From the NCBI GenBank assembly GCA_965261225.1, contig OZ253456.1, forward strand, positions 2,106,762 to 2,170,761: DNA of 64,000 nt, in the 5' to 3' direction. The DNA comes from Dehalococcoidia bacterium (lineage in GTDB: Bacteria > Chloroflexota > Dehalococcoidia > Bin125). Both the position numbers and the translations under genes were made by a program. The notes beneath the pieces were generated by a model. It was not told the DNA's origin. It saw nothing but the letters and a program-made list of their open reading frames with translations, and did no database searches. Positions 11,230-20,710 of the stretch are shown piece after piece (position 1 is the stretch's first letter; each line of letters opens with the position of its first letter).

Positions 11230-11517
11230 TCAAATTGTTTCACGTGAAACATCCTGACTCGGTGGCACGGGATCGTAGCCGCCTTGATTGAATGGATTGC
11301 AACGCGCCAGTCGCCAAATGCCCAGTCCCATTCCCACCAACGCCCCTCGCGAGCGCACCGCGTCGATCATGTACTGCGAGCACGATGGCTCGAATCGGCA
11401 TTGGGATCCCAACGCCGCGAACAATGGCGACAGGACTGCCTGGTAGCCGCGTAAGAGCAGAACCACGAATGAGTCCACTTCCAAGCCGAACCTCCGCCCA
11501 AACCTGCGCCCTGCCAT
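11230..11517 (-). CDS. yidD: membrane protein insertion efficiency factor YidD
   Basis: CRFEPSCSQY..GYDPVP motif. The start is taken at MAGRRFG; the track's longer N-terminus is spurious. Confidence 0.85.
   Translation of the reverse strand: MAGRRFGRRFGLEVDSFVVLLLRGYQAVLSPLFAALGSQCRFEPSCSQYMIDAVRSRGALVGMGLGIWRLARCNPFNQGGYDPVPPSQDVSRETI
11236..11251. promoter_or_regulatory. second copy of the palindrome (TGTTTCACGTGAAACA, 16 bp perfect) at the yidD stop
   Basis: Read directly from the sequence. The shared core is AAATTGTTTCACGTGAAACA. Confidence 0.5.
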
Positions 11518-11522
11518 TTTGA

Positions 11523-11954
11523 TCAAGACGCACCACCAGCGCGCTGTAGTTGTTGGGTTGATCGGCGCACCAATCGACGCAGAGTCGAATCCAATTCTGC
11601 AAAATCTGCCTCGACGGCGCCGGTGCGGGCGATCACCACCACATCCAAACCCTGGCAACCCGCCCCCTCGTTCAAGCGCCGTACCGACTCGCGCAGCCGA
11701 CGACGAATCCTGTTCCTCACCACTGCTCCGCCCAGACGCGAACTGATCGCGAATCCGAATCGACACGGCTGATCGGACGCCTGATCGGACGCATTGTCCG
11801 ATCGCGGGTGAGCGCGCAGTGCCAACACGCCGCTTGAGGCTCGAACACCGTTGCGGAAGACCGCGTCGAAATCCGACTTAAGGCGCAACCGCTGATCACC
11901 TGGTCGAGTACGTGGTCGATCACGTTGTCGAGTACGTTGGCTAGTGGGCATCAT
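11523..11954 (-). CDS. rnpA: RNase P protein component
   Basis: RLRLKSDFDAVF..NRIRRRLRE motifs. The start is taken at MMPTSQ; the track's upstream extension overlaps rpmH in another frame. Confidence 0.8.
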   Translation of the reverse strand: MMPTSQRTRQRDRPRTRPGDQRLRLKSDFDAVFRNGVRASSGVLALRAHPRSDNASDQASDQPCRFGFAISSRLGGAVVRNRIRRRLRESVRRLNEGAGCQGLDVVVIARTGAVEADFAELDSTLRRLVRRSTQQLQRAGGAS

Positions 11955-12046
11955 TCGACCACGCCTCGTCTGACGTCTTGTGCGACGCCTCTCGGCATGC
12001 GGTGCGCACTCAGGCGAGCAGGGAGACAAAACGGTTCTGCCGACGT

Positions 12047-12187
12047 TCAGGCGACCGTCAATCGTCGCCGTCCTCGAGCTCGGCGGCGCTTCAGCACCGC
12101 CCGCCCGCCACGGCTGGCCATTCGCTTGAGGAACCCATGCTCCCGCTTGCGCGGTATTCTCTTTGGTTGGTACGTGCGTTTCGGCAT
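12047..12187 (-). CDS. rpmH: 50S ribosomal protein L34
   Basis: My own translation gives [46 protein letters not shown] (46 aa), below the track's size cut-off. Order is the canonical rpmH-rnpA-yidD. Confidence 0.9.
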   Translation of the reverse strand: MPKRTYQPKRIPRKREHGFLKRMASRGGRAVLKRRRARGRRRLTVA

Positions 12188-12317
12188 CAAAATCCCTCAA
12201 CACATCACGGGACACACAAGCCCGATCGACGAAGAATGCAGGACAAGTAGGACTCAGTATACGTCAGCAGCAACCGGACCCCGCGTTGTCTGGGCTGCTC
12301 AGCGAAGTGGTCCATGG

Positions 12318-14612
12318 TTACTGGAGTTCGGGTTCATCCGAGCCATACACCGCCTGATACGCGGCCCAGGACTCGATCGCGTACTGCACATACGTTCGTG
12401 TGGACCGGAAATCAAGCGCCGAGAGAAATCCGTCCGGCCCTAAGAATGCCGCCTCGTCTTCCCATCGGGCTGCGTTGCCGGGGCCGGCGTTGTAGGCAGC
12501 CAGCGCCATGATCGGCTCATTCGAGAAGGATTCCAGTTGACGCGCCAGGTACCAGGCGCCAAATCGAATCGCCAGCTCGGGCCGCGCCAGGTCTGCATGT
12601 CGATACTCGATACCCAGTCCAGCGGCAATGTCAGACCCGGTGAGTGGAATCACCTGGGTCAGTCCCACTTCGCCTGCGAACCCCTCGGCGTCAGAGTCGT
12701 AGAAGCTCTCTCGCCGAATTAGCGACCACAGCAACAGCGGTTCAACACCTTCAGCGCCGGCGTGCAGCGCCATCACCTCCGGCCAGGGCTGTGGATAGAG
12801 CAGGCGCAACAGCTCGCTGGGTCCATCGGTCCAATCGAGCCCGAACACGGTCAACAGCTGAGCGGCCGCCTGTGCCGACCCTGTGAACTCCTGTTGGTCG
12901 GCCAGGAACTTCGAGGCCTCGGCCAGGGTCCAGGGATTGAGCGCAAGCTGTGAGATCCAGATCGAGAGCATGCGATCGGCGGCGTCATCGAACCCGCCCA
13001 GTCGCAAGTCACGCACCGCGTGCCATTCGGTCTCTCCGCTGAGATCGATCTCAGGAGGATCAGCCTCGCCGGTCAGTCGCGTCAGCCATTCGTTGATCGA
13101 CAGATCGAGCACGACCGGGGCGTCCCGCTCCAGCATTCCCGCCGCTCGCAGTCCGTAGTAACCGACCGGATTGATGTCGACCACCTTGGCTGCGAGGTCG
13201 GTGGCCGACTCCAGGTCGCCTGCCTCACGATGCATTAACGCCGACCAGAAGAGGAACTCCTGTCGCACCTCGTCGCCCCAATGATCGGCGCCGCTGTTAG
13301 CGGCGTCACGGAAACGCTGCGCCGCAGACGACCACTGTCCGCGAGCCACCGCCATCGACGCCCAACGACGCGCCGCCTCGACCGCGCCCTCGAATTGCGG
13401 ATGCCCCTCCACGACCTGGCGCCAGTACTCTTCCGCAACGTCCTGATCGCCATCTGCGATCGCAAACTCCGCCAGCCGCATCGCCGATTCCGCCGCCAGC
13501 GGATCCGAGGGATCACGCCCAATCACGGCGACATAACCGAGGGCGGCACTCTCGCGATCGTCGTTGGCCTGATGGATCGCCGCGACGTAGAACTCCCCGG
13601 CTACCTGCTCCGCGACGACGTTCGAGCCGCCTAACACGTTCAGCATCGCGCTGCGAGACTCGGCCCAGAGTTCTTCCTCGAAGCGAATCTTGCCGATCGT
13701 GAGTTGATCAACGTCGGCGCCGGAGTCCAGCAACAGCGCCAACGCCTCCGAACTCTCGGAAAAGTCCCGATAGTCGTGGACCAGCGTTCTCCAAGCCTCC
13801 CGCGCGGCGTCAATATCGCCGGCATCGCGCTTCAAGGCGCCGGTCCGGAGCCATGCCGCCGCCTGATCATCCCGCCAGGGCGAGAGCTCCAGCAGCTCGT
13901 CATAACGCTCAAGCGCCTGATCTGCTTCTCCGGCAATGTCCAGTTCGGTCGCCAACAGATGTATCGCCCGTAACCGATCCTGGAATGGCAGCATCCCGCC
14001 GAGCGCCCGCTCGGCCGAGTCAATCGCTTCTTCACCGCGGCCGGCGCGTTGCAGCGTCCTGGCTGCTTCGAGCGCGATCATCGCCCAGGCTGGGCTGTCG
14101 GAGTTCACATAATCATTCATCGCTTCGAGCGCCACGTCGGTCTGTGACAACATCAACGCCGTCTGCGCCCTCAACAACGCGTGCCGGCGGGAGTGCTCGG
14201 AAGTCAGGAATCCAGCGATCTCACCGAGCGCCGCCATGGCATCGGACGGTCGATTGAGCCGCAGTAGCAATCGGACCCGATCCAACCGCACCGACGTCAG
14301 CGCATTGGGGTCAAGGGACTCACCCGTCGCGATGGCCGAGTCTCGCACGCTCAGCGCCTGTTCCCAGTAGCCGTTGTGCTCGAGCGCAGCCGCCTCGGCG
14401 ATCAACAACTTGGCAGGATCGCCCGCGGGTCGCCTGATCGCTTCGGGCAGTGCTTGCTGCTGTTCAACCGGCGCAGCCGACTCGACTACCGGTGCAGCGC
14501 GAGTTTGCGTGGTCGGATCGGTCTGTTGTTGCTGAGCCGGTTGTGCCTCGCCGCCCGAGCAGGCGACCGCCAAGGCAGAGGCCCAGCAGGCCAATGCAAG
14601 CACGCCAAGCAT
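12318..14612 (-). CDS. soluble lytic transglycosylase (Slt70-like superhelical domain + C-terminal SLT domain), lipoprotein
   Basis: C-terminal SLT motifs GLTQVIP..AYNAGPGN. The N-terminal signal has LAVAC, and the start is taken at MLGVLALAC. Confidence 0.8.
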   Translation of the reverse strand: MLGVLALACWASALAVACSGGEAQPAQQQQTDPTTQTRAAPVVESAAPVEQQQALPEAIRRPAGDPAKLLIAEAAALEHNGYWEQALSVRDSAIATGESLDPNALTSVRLDRVRLLLRLNRPSDAMAALGEIAGFLTSEHSRRHALLRAQTALMLSQTDVALEAMNDYVNSDSPAWAMIALEAARTLQRAGRGEEAIDSAERALGGMLPFQDRLRAIHLLATELDIAGEADQALERYDELLELSPWRDDQAAAWLRTGALKRDAGDIDAAREAWRTLVHDYRDFSESSEALALLLDSGADVDQLTIGKIRFEEELWAESRSAMLNVLGGSNVVAEQVAGEFYVAAIHQANDDRESAALGYVAVIGRDPSDPLAAESAMRLAEFAIADGDQDVAEEYWRQVVEGHPQFEGAVEAARRWASMAVARGQWSSAAQRFRDAANSGADHWGDEVRQEFLFWSALMHREAGDLESATDLAAKVVDINPVGYYGLRAAGMLERDAPVVLDLSINEWLTRLTGEADPPEIDLSGETEWHAVRDLRLGGFDDAADRMLSIWISQLALNPWTLAEASKFLADQQEFTGSAQAAAQLLTVFGLDWTDGPSELLRLLYPQPWPEVMALHAGAEGVEPLLLWSLIRRESFYDSDAEGFAGEVGLTQVIPLTGSDIAAGLGIEYRHADLARPELAIRFGAWYLARQLESFSNEPIMALAAYNAGPGNAARWEDEAAFLGPDGFLSALDFRSTRTYVQYAIESWAAYQAVYGSDEPELQ

Positions 14613-14708
14613 CCGGTAACGAAACAATCGGGCAGCACCAGCCGCTACGGGTAATATCACAACGATCCCGGGATCTGCCCCGCCGACGCCTGTAGTCACT
14701 CTACCGCC

Positions 14709-15863
14709 ATGATCCAAGCTTCGGACCAACATCGGCGCGCGAGTTCAGCAACCAGCTGGACCGAGATCGACCTGTCAGCGCTGCGAACCAATGTTGAAGT
14801 CTTGCGACGCCAGGCCGCGCCATCGGCGGTCGCCGCCGTGGTCAAAGCCGATGCCTATGGGCATGGCGCAGTAACGATCGCCCGGGTTGCGCTCGAAGCA
14901 GGAGCGGCCCGGCTATGCGTCTTCACAGTGCGTGAGGCCGTGGAACTGCGTGAATCGCGGTTTACTGCTCCGATCCTCTGCCTCGGACCGGTTCTCGAGG
15001 ACGATCCCGCGCTGATTGCCAATCACGACATCGCCGCCGTCGTTGATTCGGGCGAGACGGCGGAGCGGCTCGCCGTCGCAGCGTCGGAAGCCGGCGTCCG
15101 AGTCCGGGTCCACCTCAACATCGACAGTGGGATGCAGCGATACGGGCTGTCCCATGCCGACGCGGCTGCGCTCGCAGAGCGAGTGCGAGCGTTGGAATCG
15201 CTCGACCTCGAAGCCGTGTTCACACACTTTCCTAATGCTGGCAACACCGACCGGTCGGCGACGCTCGACGCATTTGGTCGATTTCAGCAGACGGCCGACC
15301 AGATAGGCGCGCCGATCCGTCATGCCGCGGCGTCGGCGGCGACCTTCAATCTGCCTCAGACATCGCTCGACTTCGTTCGAGCGGGCATCGCGCTGTACGG
15401 CATGGATCCGGCCCCTGAGCTGCCTCTACATGAAGCTGAAGAACTACAACCGGTCATGTCCTGGCGGGCGTCGTTGCTATTGGTGCGCAACATCGCTCGC
15501 GGCGAATCTGTCTCCTATGGCGGACTCTGGACGGCATCCCGGGACTCACGGATCGGGGTGATCGGCGCGGGCTATGCGGATGGGTTGCGTCGTCAGCTCA
15601 CTGAGAACGGCGGCGTACTGGTTCGGGGACGCCGGGCGCCGATCCGCGGCGCCATTTGCATGGACAGCACGATGATCGATCTCACTCATATACCCGATGC
15701 CGCTGAAGGCGACGTCGTGACCATCATCGGCCGCGTTGGCTCTGAGACGATTTCTGCCTGGGAAATGGCGCGTCAGATCGACACCATCCCCTATGAGATC
15801 TTGACCAGCATCACGGCTCGAGTTCCTCGTGTCGTCGTTGATCGTTCCGGCTCAGACAGATGA
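14709..15863 (+). CDS. alr: alanine racemase
   Basis: VVKADAYGHG PLP-lysine motif; 384 aa. Confidence 0.85.
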   Translation: MIQASDQHRRASSATSWTEIDLSALRTNVEVLRRQAAPSAVAAVVKADAYGHGAVTIARVALEAGAARLCVFTVREAVELRESRFTAPILCLGPVLEDDPALIANHDIAAVVDSGETAERLAVAASEAGVRVRVHLNIDSGMQRYGLSHADAAALAERVRALESLDLEAVFTHFPNAGNTDRSATLDAFGRFQQTADQIGAPIRHAAASAATFNLPQTSLDFVRAGIALYGMDPAPELPLHEAEELQPVMSWRASLLLVRNIARGESVSYGGLWTASRDSRIGVIGAGYADGLRRQLTENGGVLVRGRRAPIRGAICMDSTMIDLTHIPDAAEGDVVTIIGRVGSETISAWEMARQIDTIPYEILTSITARVPRVVVDRSGSDR

Positions 15864-15909
15864 CACCTTGTCGGCAGGCCGATCCATTCGTAGGATCAGG
15901 GGCGGAGAT

Positions 15910-16515
15910 ATGCCCATGACTACCCGCAAACGCTTCGTCGGCACGCTGATCGCTCTCGCGAGCGTCATCGTTGCCATGTCCGCTCTGGCACTGCTCAGCC
16001 CCACCGGGGCGAGCGAGTACCTGATCCAGGAGGAGCCGGAGCGTGGGGCGACGGTCGCGGAAGCGCCGCATCAACTGGTTCTGACGTTCGATCGTCCGTT
16101 GGCTCAAATCAAGGGCGCGCACCACGTCGAAGTGACTGACGGGCTCGGACACCGCGTGGATGACGGTCAGGCAAACATCTCCACCTACAGCCAGCGCACG
16201 CTCATCGTCCCGATCCATGCCGAGAGCGACGGCGCCGTGAGCGTCGAATATCGAGTGCTGCTGATCGGCGACGGCGAGCATCTCCAGGTCAGCTCGTCCT
16301 ACAACTTCACCGTTGACCACGCCCTGGGTCCGATTGCGGGAGACCAGATCGACGCGCCGGCCACCGCCAAGTCAAGCCAGGCGCTCGTGCTCTGGACGAT
16401 CGCCATCCTGCTCGGCATCGCCATCGCAGGCGCGCTGGTCTACTTCCTGCGGATGGCGACGGGCAACTCGCGAAGCTCACTTGAGCCAACGAACCGCAGC
16501 GTCTTCAGAGACTGA
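15910..16515 (+). CDS. CopC-domain copper-binding protein with a C-terminal TM anchor
   Basis: CopC-like beta-sandwich (HxxL..EP..G..V..AP..L.L.F) and a GGAG RBS 5 nt before the ATG at 15910. Confidence 0.65.
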   Translation: MPMTTRKRFVGTLIALASVIVAMSALALLSPTGASEYLIQEEPERGATVAEAPHQLVLTFDRPLAQIKGAHHVEVTDGLGHRVDDGQANISTYSQRTLIVPIHAESDGAVSVEYRVLLIGDGEHLQVSSSYNFTVDHALGPIAGDQIDAPATAKSSQALVLWTIAILLGIAIAGALVYFLRMATGNSRSSLEPTNRSVFRD

Positions 16516-16564
16516 GCCTCGTAGCCGATCCCAAATCGCTCGGCGCCAGTTTCATTCAGCGCAA

Positions 16565-16850
16565 TGCGAACTGGCCTCTAGCTGAGGCTGTTGCACAAAC
16601 CCCATGTTCGTCATTCCCGCGAAGGTGGGAATCCAGTCTCCGTATCTGGTCAGCGGTAGGTTGCCGCCTTCGCAAGAATGACTAGAACGGCGCAATCAGG
16701 GGTTTGTGCAACAGCCTCAGCAGGCTGCTGAAGAATCCGCTTCCGAGCGCTGATCGTCCCGTTTCGTCACTCCTGCGAACGTAGGAATCCAGGGCTGACC
16801 AGATATGCAGCATGGATTCCTGGTCAAGCCAGGAATGACGGATTTGCGAG
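16565..16850. repeat. structured noncoding region of nested inverted repeats, including the hairpin CGTCATTCCCGCG..GGGAATCC
   Basis: Arms 16582-16606 and 16700-16723 are reverse complements (GCTGAGGCTGTTGCACAAACCCC / GGGGTTTGTGCAACAGCCTCAGC). An inner hairpin lies at 16606-16632, and a second IR at ~16760-16838. Confidence 0.7.
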
Positions 16851-16873
16851 TCGATGACCTTTTCAGCGGCCTA

Positions 16874-17599
16874 CTATTCTTCGTCCGACCCGTCATCAGC
16901 GCCGAGACGCACGGTCGGAATCAACAGCTGTACGTCGTCGTCGCGCTTGGGTTTGCGTTCGGGCAGATCGATGATGCGCTGCTTCACGGCTGCCACATCG
17001 TCGGATGACGCGCCCTCATCGAGGACAAATACCGCCACTCCGGAATCCCTCAATGCCTCGATATCACCGGCTGAGATGTCCGTCGGGCACTTCACGCCCA
17101 GCGGCGCTGAGGCGAACAGCGCCAGACGACGGATGTTCAACACGGCGTTCAGGCTGACAGGAAACTCAACGGCGATCGCGATCTCAGCCGGTCGCAGGCT
17201 GCCCAATGCGCGAGCATCGGCCTCCTCGATCCGCAGATCGCCCAGTCTCACGACGTAGTCCATCTCCTCGTCCAGCATCGCGTCTGCGCGAGCGCCGTCG
17301 AGCTCGAACGACACGAACGAGGCGCCGCGTTGCTTGGCGCCGGCGACGCCGTCCGAAGTGAGCGCGTCAAGTCGCGACCCGAACAGCGCAACCCCGGCCG
17401 ACTCAGCGGCCGACACGTCAGACTCGCTGAGGGCCAGGCAGAAGTCGGCGCCCTCGACGATGCCGATGGTCCCGACCAACATCGAGGGCTGACGCTCCTC
17501 GCTCACTGCTCCGAATCCCAGTGGCCGCTGGCGGCTCTTGCGGCGATCTCGAATCGCATCTGCAAACTTGCCCATAGCTTCGCTCCTCACTCTGCCCAA
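16874..17599 (-). CDS. hypothetical protein (no family recognised)
   Basis: 241 aa track ORF with coding-like composition, divergent from doxX. No motifs I can place. Confidence 0.45.
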   Translation of the reverse strand: MGRVRSEAMGKFADAIRDRRKSRQRPLGFGAVSEERQPSMLVGTIGIVEGADFCLALSESDVSAAESAGVALFGSRLDALTSDGVAGAKQRGASFVSFELDGARADAMLDEEMDYVVRLGDLRIEEADARALGSLRPAEIAIAVEFPVSLNAVLNIRRLALFASAPLGVKCPTDISAGDIEALRDSGVAVFVLDEGASSDDVAAVKQRIIDLPERKPKRDDDVQLLIPTVRLGADDGSDEE

Positions 17600-17667
17600 A
17601 CTGCCTGCTCAGCATGGATGTCGACTCAACTAGAATCCAGCTTAATTGAGGACGCTCATCAAACGGG

Positions 17668-18135
17668 TTGAGCGACCTGATCAACCGAAGTGGAGGAATC
17701 ATGGACGTGGGCGACTGGCTGGCCGTTCCCTTTAGCGCGGCCGAAGAATGGGCGCCGATTCCCCTGCGGATCGTGCTGGGCATCATCTTCATTGACGCCG
17801 GCCTGGGCAAGTTCCGCCGAGGCATCGGCGGATTCTCCGGCTGGTTGGAGTCGCTGGGCGTGCCCGTGCCCAAACTGGCCGGTCCCGGCGTCGCCAGTAT
17901 TGAGCTGGGCGGCGGGATCCTGCTGCTGGCAGGATTGATGGTCCCCTGGATTGCGATTCCGCTCGCGATCAACATGATGGTCGCCACCTACGTCAACAAG
18001 TTCAGAGAGGGCTTGCCCTTCCAGGGCTCCTCAGACAAGCAGGGTTACGAGCTGGACGTGCTCCTGGTCTTCGCCTGTATCGCGCTGATCCTGATGGGCG
18101 CCGGACCGGCTTCGATTGATTCGATTCTTTCGTAG
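17668..18135 (+). CDS. DoxX family membrane protein
   Basis: Four TM segments and the DoxX-like core (IVLGIIFIDAGLGKF..). An alternative start exists at MDVGDW (17701). Confidence 0.75.
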   Translation: MSDLINRSGGIMDVGDWLAVPFSAAEEWAPIPLRIVLGIIFIDAGLGKFRRGIGGFSGWLESLGVPVPKLAGPGVASIELGGGILLLAGLMVPWIAIPLAINMMVATYVNKFREGLPFQGSSDKQGYELDVLLVFACIALILMGAGPASIDSILS

Positions 18136-18209
18136 GAGCTGAACACCGTATATCCGCCTTCCCATATACGCTGGCTTGCGGCGCCACAGTCCGCAAGGGG
18201 TCCGGGTAG

Positions 18210-20429
18210 ATGGAGCGATGGTCGGTATTTGTCGCGGAGCACCCGTGGCGCGTGGTGGCGATGTGGATTCTGTTGGTTGTCGTGGCCGTGGCGGCCGTGC
18301 GCAACTTTGGTGGGACACTGACAGATTCGTTCTCTGTTCCGGGAACCGAATCCCAGGCTGCGTTTGATCTGCTGGCTGAACGGTATCCGGCTCGTTCCGG
18401 TTCCGAGATCACGACCGTCTTCCACACTCCCAACGGCACAATCCGGCAGAGCGAAGCGCAGACCGCCATGCAGGGGTTCGCGCGCCAGGCTGCCGCTGTC
18501 GACGAGGTCGCAGTCGTCTTCCTCCCCGATCAACGTCCCGGCAGCGTCTCTGCCGACGGCCGCACCGCCCTCGTCCGGGTCGCATTCGACAAGCAGTCCA
18601 ACGACCTCTCGCCGGAGAACATCGGCAAGGTGATCAAACTCGGCGAAGCGTATCGGTCGGACGGGTTGCAGATCGACTTTGCCGGCGAACCGGTCCGCGA
18701 ATACGAAACGGAACCGCCCGGCGCAGCCGAACTGGTCGGATTGGCTGCAGCCTTGATCATCCTGATCATTGGCTTCGGTTCCATCTTTGCCGCCGGCATG
18801 CCGCTCATCTCCGCGTTGGTCGGACTCGCGATCGGCACGGTTGGCATTGTGATCGGCGCGGCCTTCCTCGACATTTCTACGGTCGCCCCGACCTTCGGCG
18901 CGATGCTGGGCATCGGCGTCGGGATCGACTACGCCCTGTTTGTCATTGCCCGCTTCCGCGAACAGCTGGCTGCCGGAGTCGATCCCGGTGAGGCTGCCCG
19001 AGCCTCGGTTACCACTGCCGGCCGCGCCGTCGCCTTCGCCGGTTCGATCGTCGTCGTGGCCTTGTTGGGACTATTCGCAATCGGTATTCCGCTGATCGCC
19101 AACCTGGGTCTCTCCGCGGCGATGGTGGTGCTGTTCGAGATGCTGGTCGCGATCTCACTGTTGCCGGCGATGCTCGTCATCATCGGACGACGGATTGATA
19201 AATTCTCTATCCCCGGTCTGCGTTACACCGCCGGCGGCGAACACGGCCGCTGGTATCACTTCTCTCGGCGAATTGAGCGCCGAGCCTGGGTCTACCTGGT
19301 CCTCGCATCGGCCATCCTGATCACGCTGACGATTCCGGCATTCACGATGGAGATGGGTGTTTCCGACGACGGCAACCGTCCCGCGACTTACACATCGCGT
19401 CGCGCTTACGACCTGATCTCCGACGCATTCGGCCCGGGCGTCAACGGCGCGCTCTTCGCCGTGGTCGATAATCCCGGCCAGCGCCTCTCGCCCCAGGACC
19501 TGCAAGCGGTGGCACGCGCCATATCGGCGGTCGACGGTGTCGCAGCGGTGCTGCCGCCCGATATCTCTGCCAGCGGCGAGACCGCGCTGGTGCCGATCAT
19601 CCCGACCACCGCGCCGCAGGAATCCGAGTCGCGGGAGCTGATCGGACGCCTACGTGACACAGCCGTGCCGGCGGCACTCTCCGACGCCATGCCGCAAACG
19701 ACGATCTACATCGCCGGCATCACTGCCGCGTACGAAGACGTCACAGCCAAGATGATCTCGCGGTTGCCCTATTTCTTCGTACTCGTCATCGGCATATCGA
19801 TCCTGCTGCTGATGATGGCCTTCCGCTCGATCCTCGTGCCGCTCAAGGCGGCGCTGCTGAATATGCTCGCCATCGGCGCGGCGCTCGGCTTTCTCGTCGC
19901 GATCTTCCAGTGGGGCTGGGGACTCTCGTTGATTGGGCTGGATCGCACCGGCCCGATCGAGTCGTTCATCCCGATGATCATGTTCGCCATCCTGTTCGGC
20001 CTCTCGATGGACTACGAGGTCTTTCTGCTCTCGCGTATTCGCGAGCACTGGTTGGAGACCGGCGACTCAGGTGAATCGGTGGCGTTCGGCATCGGCGCGT
20101 CAGCTCGGGTGATCACTGTGGCGGCAGCAATCCTGATTGCCGTTTTCGGGAGTTTTGCCTTCTTCGGCGACGAGCGGGCCGTCAAGGAGTTCGGCATCGG
20201 CATGGCGTTTGCCATCTTCGTCGACGCGACGCTCGTACGACTCATATTGGTGCCGGCGTTCATGCAGATCGCGGGACCAGCCAACTGGTACATGCCCAAG
20301 TGGCTGGACAACGCGCTGCCGAGGTTGACGATCGACCCCCCGATCCCGGTACGCACACGAATGCGGCGCATGCTCGGCGTCGCACTGCACATGGTGTTGG
20401 CCAGGCCGCAGAAGTCGGGGAGGCGCTAA
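18210..20429 (+). CDS. MMPL family RND-superfamily transporter
   Basis: 739 aa with two 6-TM bundles and periplasmic loops, the typical MMPL organisation, directly downstream of doxX. Confidence 0.85.
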   Translation: MERWSVFVAEHPWRVVAMWILLVVVAVAAVRNFGGTLTDSFSVPGTESQAAFDLLAERYPARSGSEITTVFHTPNGTIRQSEAQTAMQGFARQAAAVDEVAVVFLPDQRPGSVSADGRTALVRVAFDKQSNDLSPENIGKVIKLGEAYRSDGLQIDFAGEPVREYETEPPGAAELVGLAAALIILIIGFGSIFAAGMPLISALVGLAIGTVGIVIGAAFLDISTVAPTFGAMLGIGVGIDYALFVIARFREQLAAGVDPGEAARASVTTAGRAVAFAGSIVVVALLGLFAIGIPLIANLGLSAAMVVLFEMLVAISLLPAMLVIIGRRIDKFSIPGLRYTAGGEHGRWYHFSRRIERRAWVYLVLASAILITLTIPAFTMEMGVSDDGNRPATYTSRRAYDLISDAFGPGVNGALFAVVDNPGQRLSPQDLQAVARAISAVDGVAAVLPPDISASGETALVPIIPTTAPQESESRELIGRLRDTAVPAALSDAMPQTTIYIAGITAAYEDVTAKMISRLPYFFVLVIGISILLLMMAFRSILVPLKAALLNMLAIGAALGFLVAIFQWGWGLSLIGLDRTGPIESFIPMIMFAILFGLSMDYEVFLLSRIREHWLETGDSGESVAFGIGASARVITVAAAILIAVFGSFAFFGDERAVKEFGIGMAFAIFVDATLVRLILVPAFMQIAGPANWYMPKWLDNALPRLTIDPPIPVRTRMRRMLGVALHMVLARPQKSGRR

Positions 20430-20454
20430 GTCCGGACCTTGAAGTCGGTCCTAC

Positions 20455-20640
20455 TCCGCTGCCGTCACTCCGCCAATACTCCGTCATTCCCGCGCCTCGT
20501 CGCGGGAATCTCGACCAGTTCTGCATGCATGCTTGATCCACACAGGGAACGCCGCTGTGCTCTATCGGCCGAGGTATCGATCGGAGCTGTTCCGCTTGCG
20601 GCGAGATACCCGCGGCAAGCGCGGGTATGACGGAATTGGT
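20455..20640. repeat. composite REP-like element: hairpin A CGTCATTCCCGCG-N-CGCGGGAATCTCG ... hairpin B CGAGATACCCGCG-N-CGCGGGTATGACGG
   Basis: Read directly from the sequence. The same two-hairpin architecture recurs at 39725-39880 and 55461-55607. Confidence 0.75.
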
Positions 20641-20710
20641 TTTGGCGGCTAACAACACGCGCCGGGATTGTTCCCGGCGCGTGTCTTGCTTGATCTCGTG
20701 TCGCGGTCGG

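Noticed and set aside
10622-11257. Antisense ORF 10622..11257(+) and other long R-rich ORFs (e.g. 30707..31576, 32390..33733, 43574..44818, 56217..58070)
   Set aside because: These are alternative-frame or antisense ORFs inside well-supported genes (PQQ propeller, nuoM, nuoL, valS, groEL). Their composition is RRRR/PRPR-like, typical of GC-rich noncoding frames.
12188-12317. oriC / DnaA-box cluster between rpmH and the SLT gene
   Set aside because: There are no TTATCCACA-like boxes or AT-rich unwinding element, the spacer is only 130 bp, and no dnaA is nearby.
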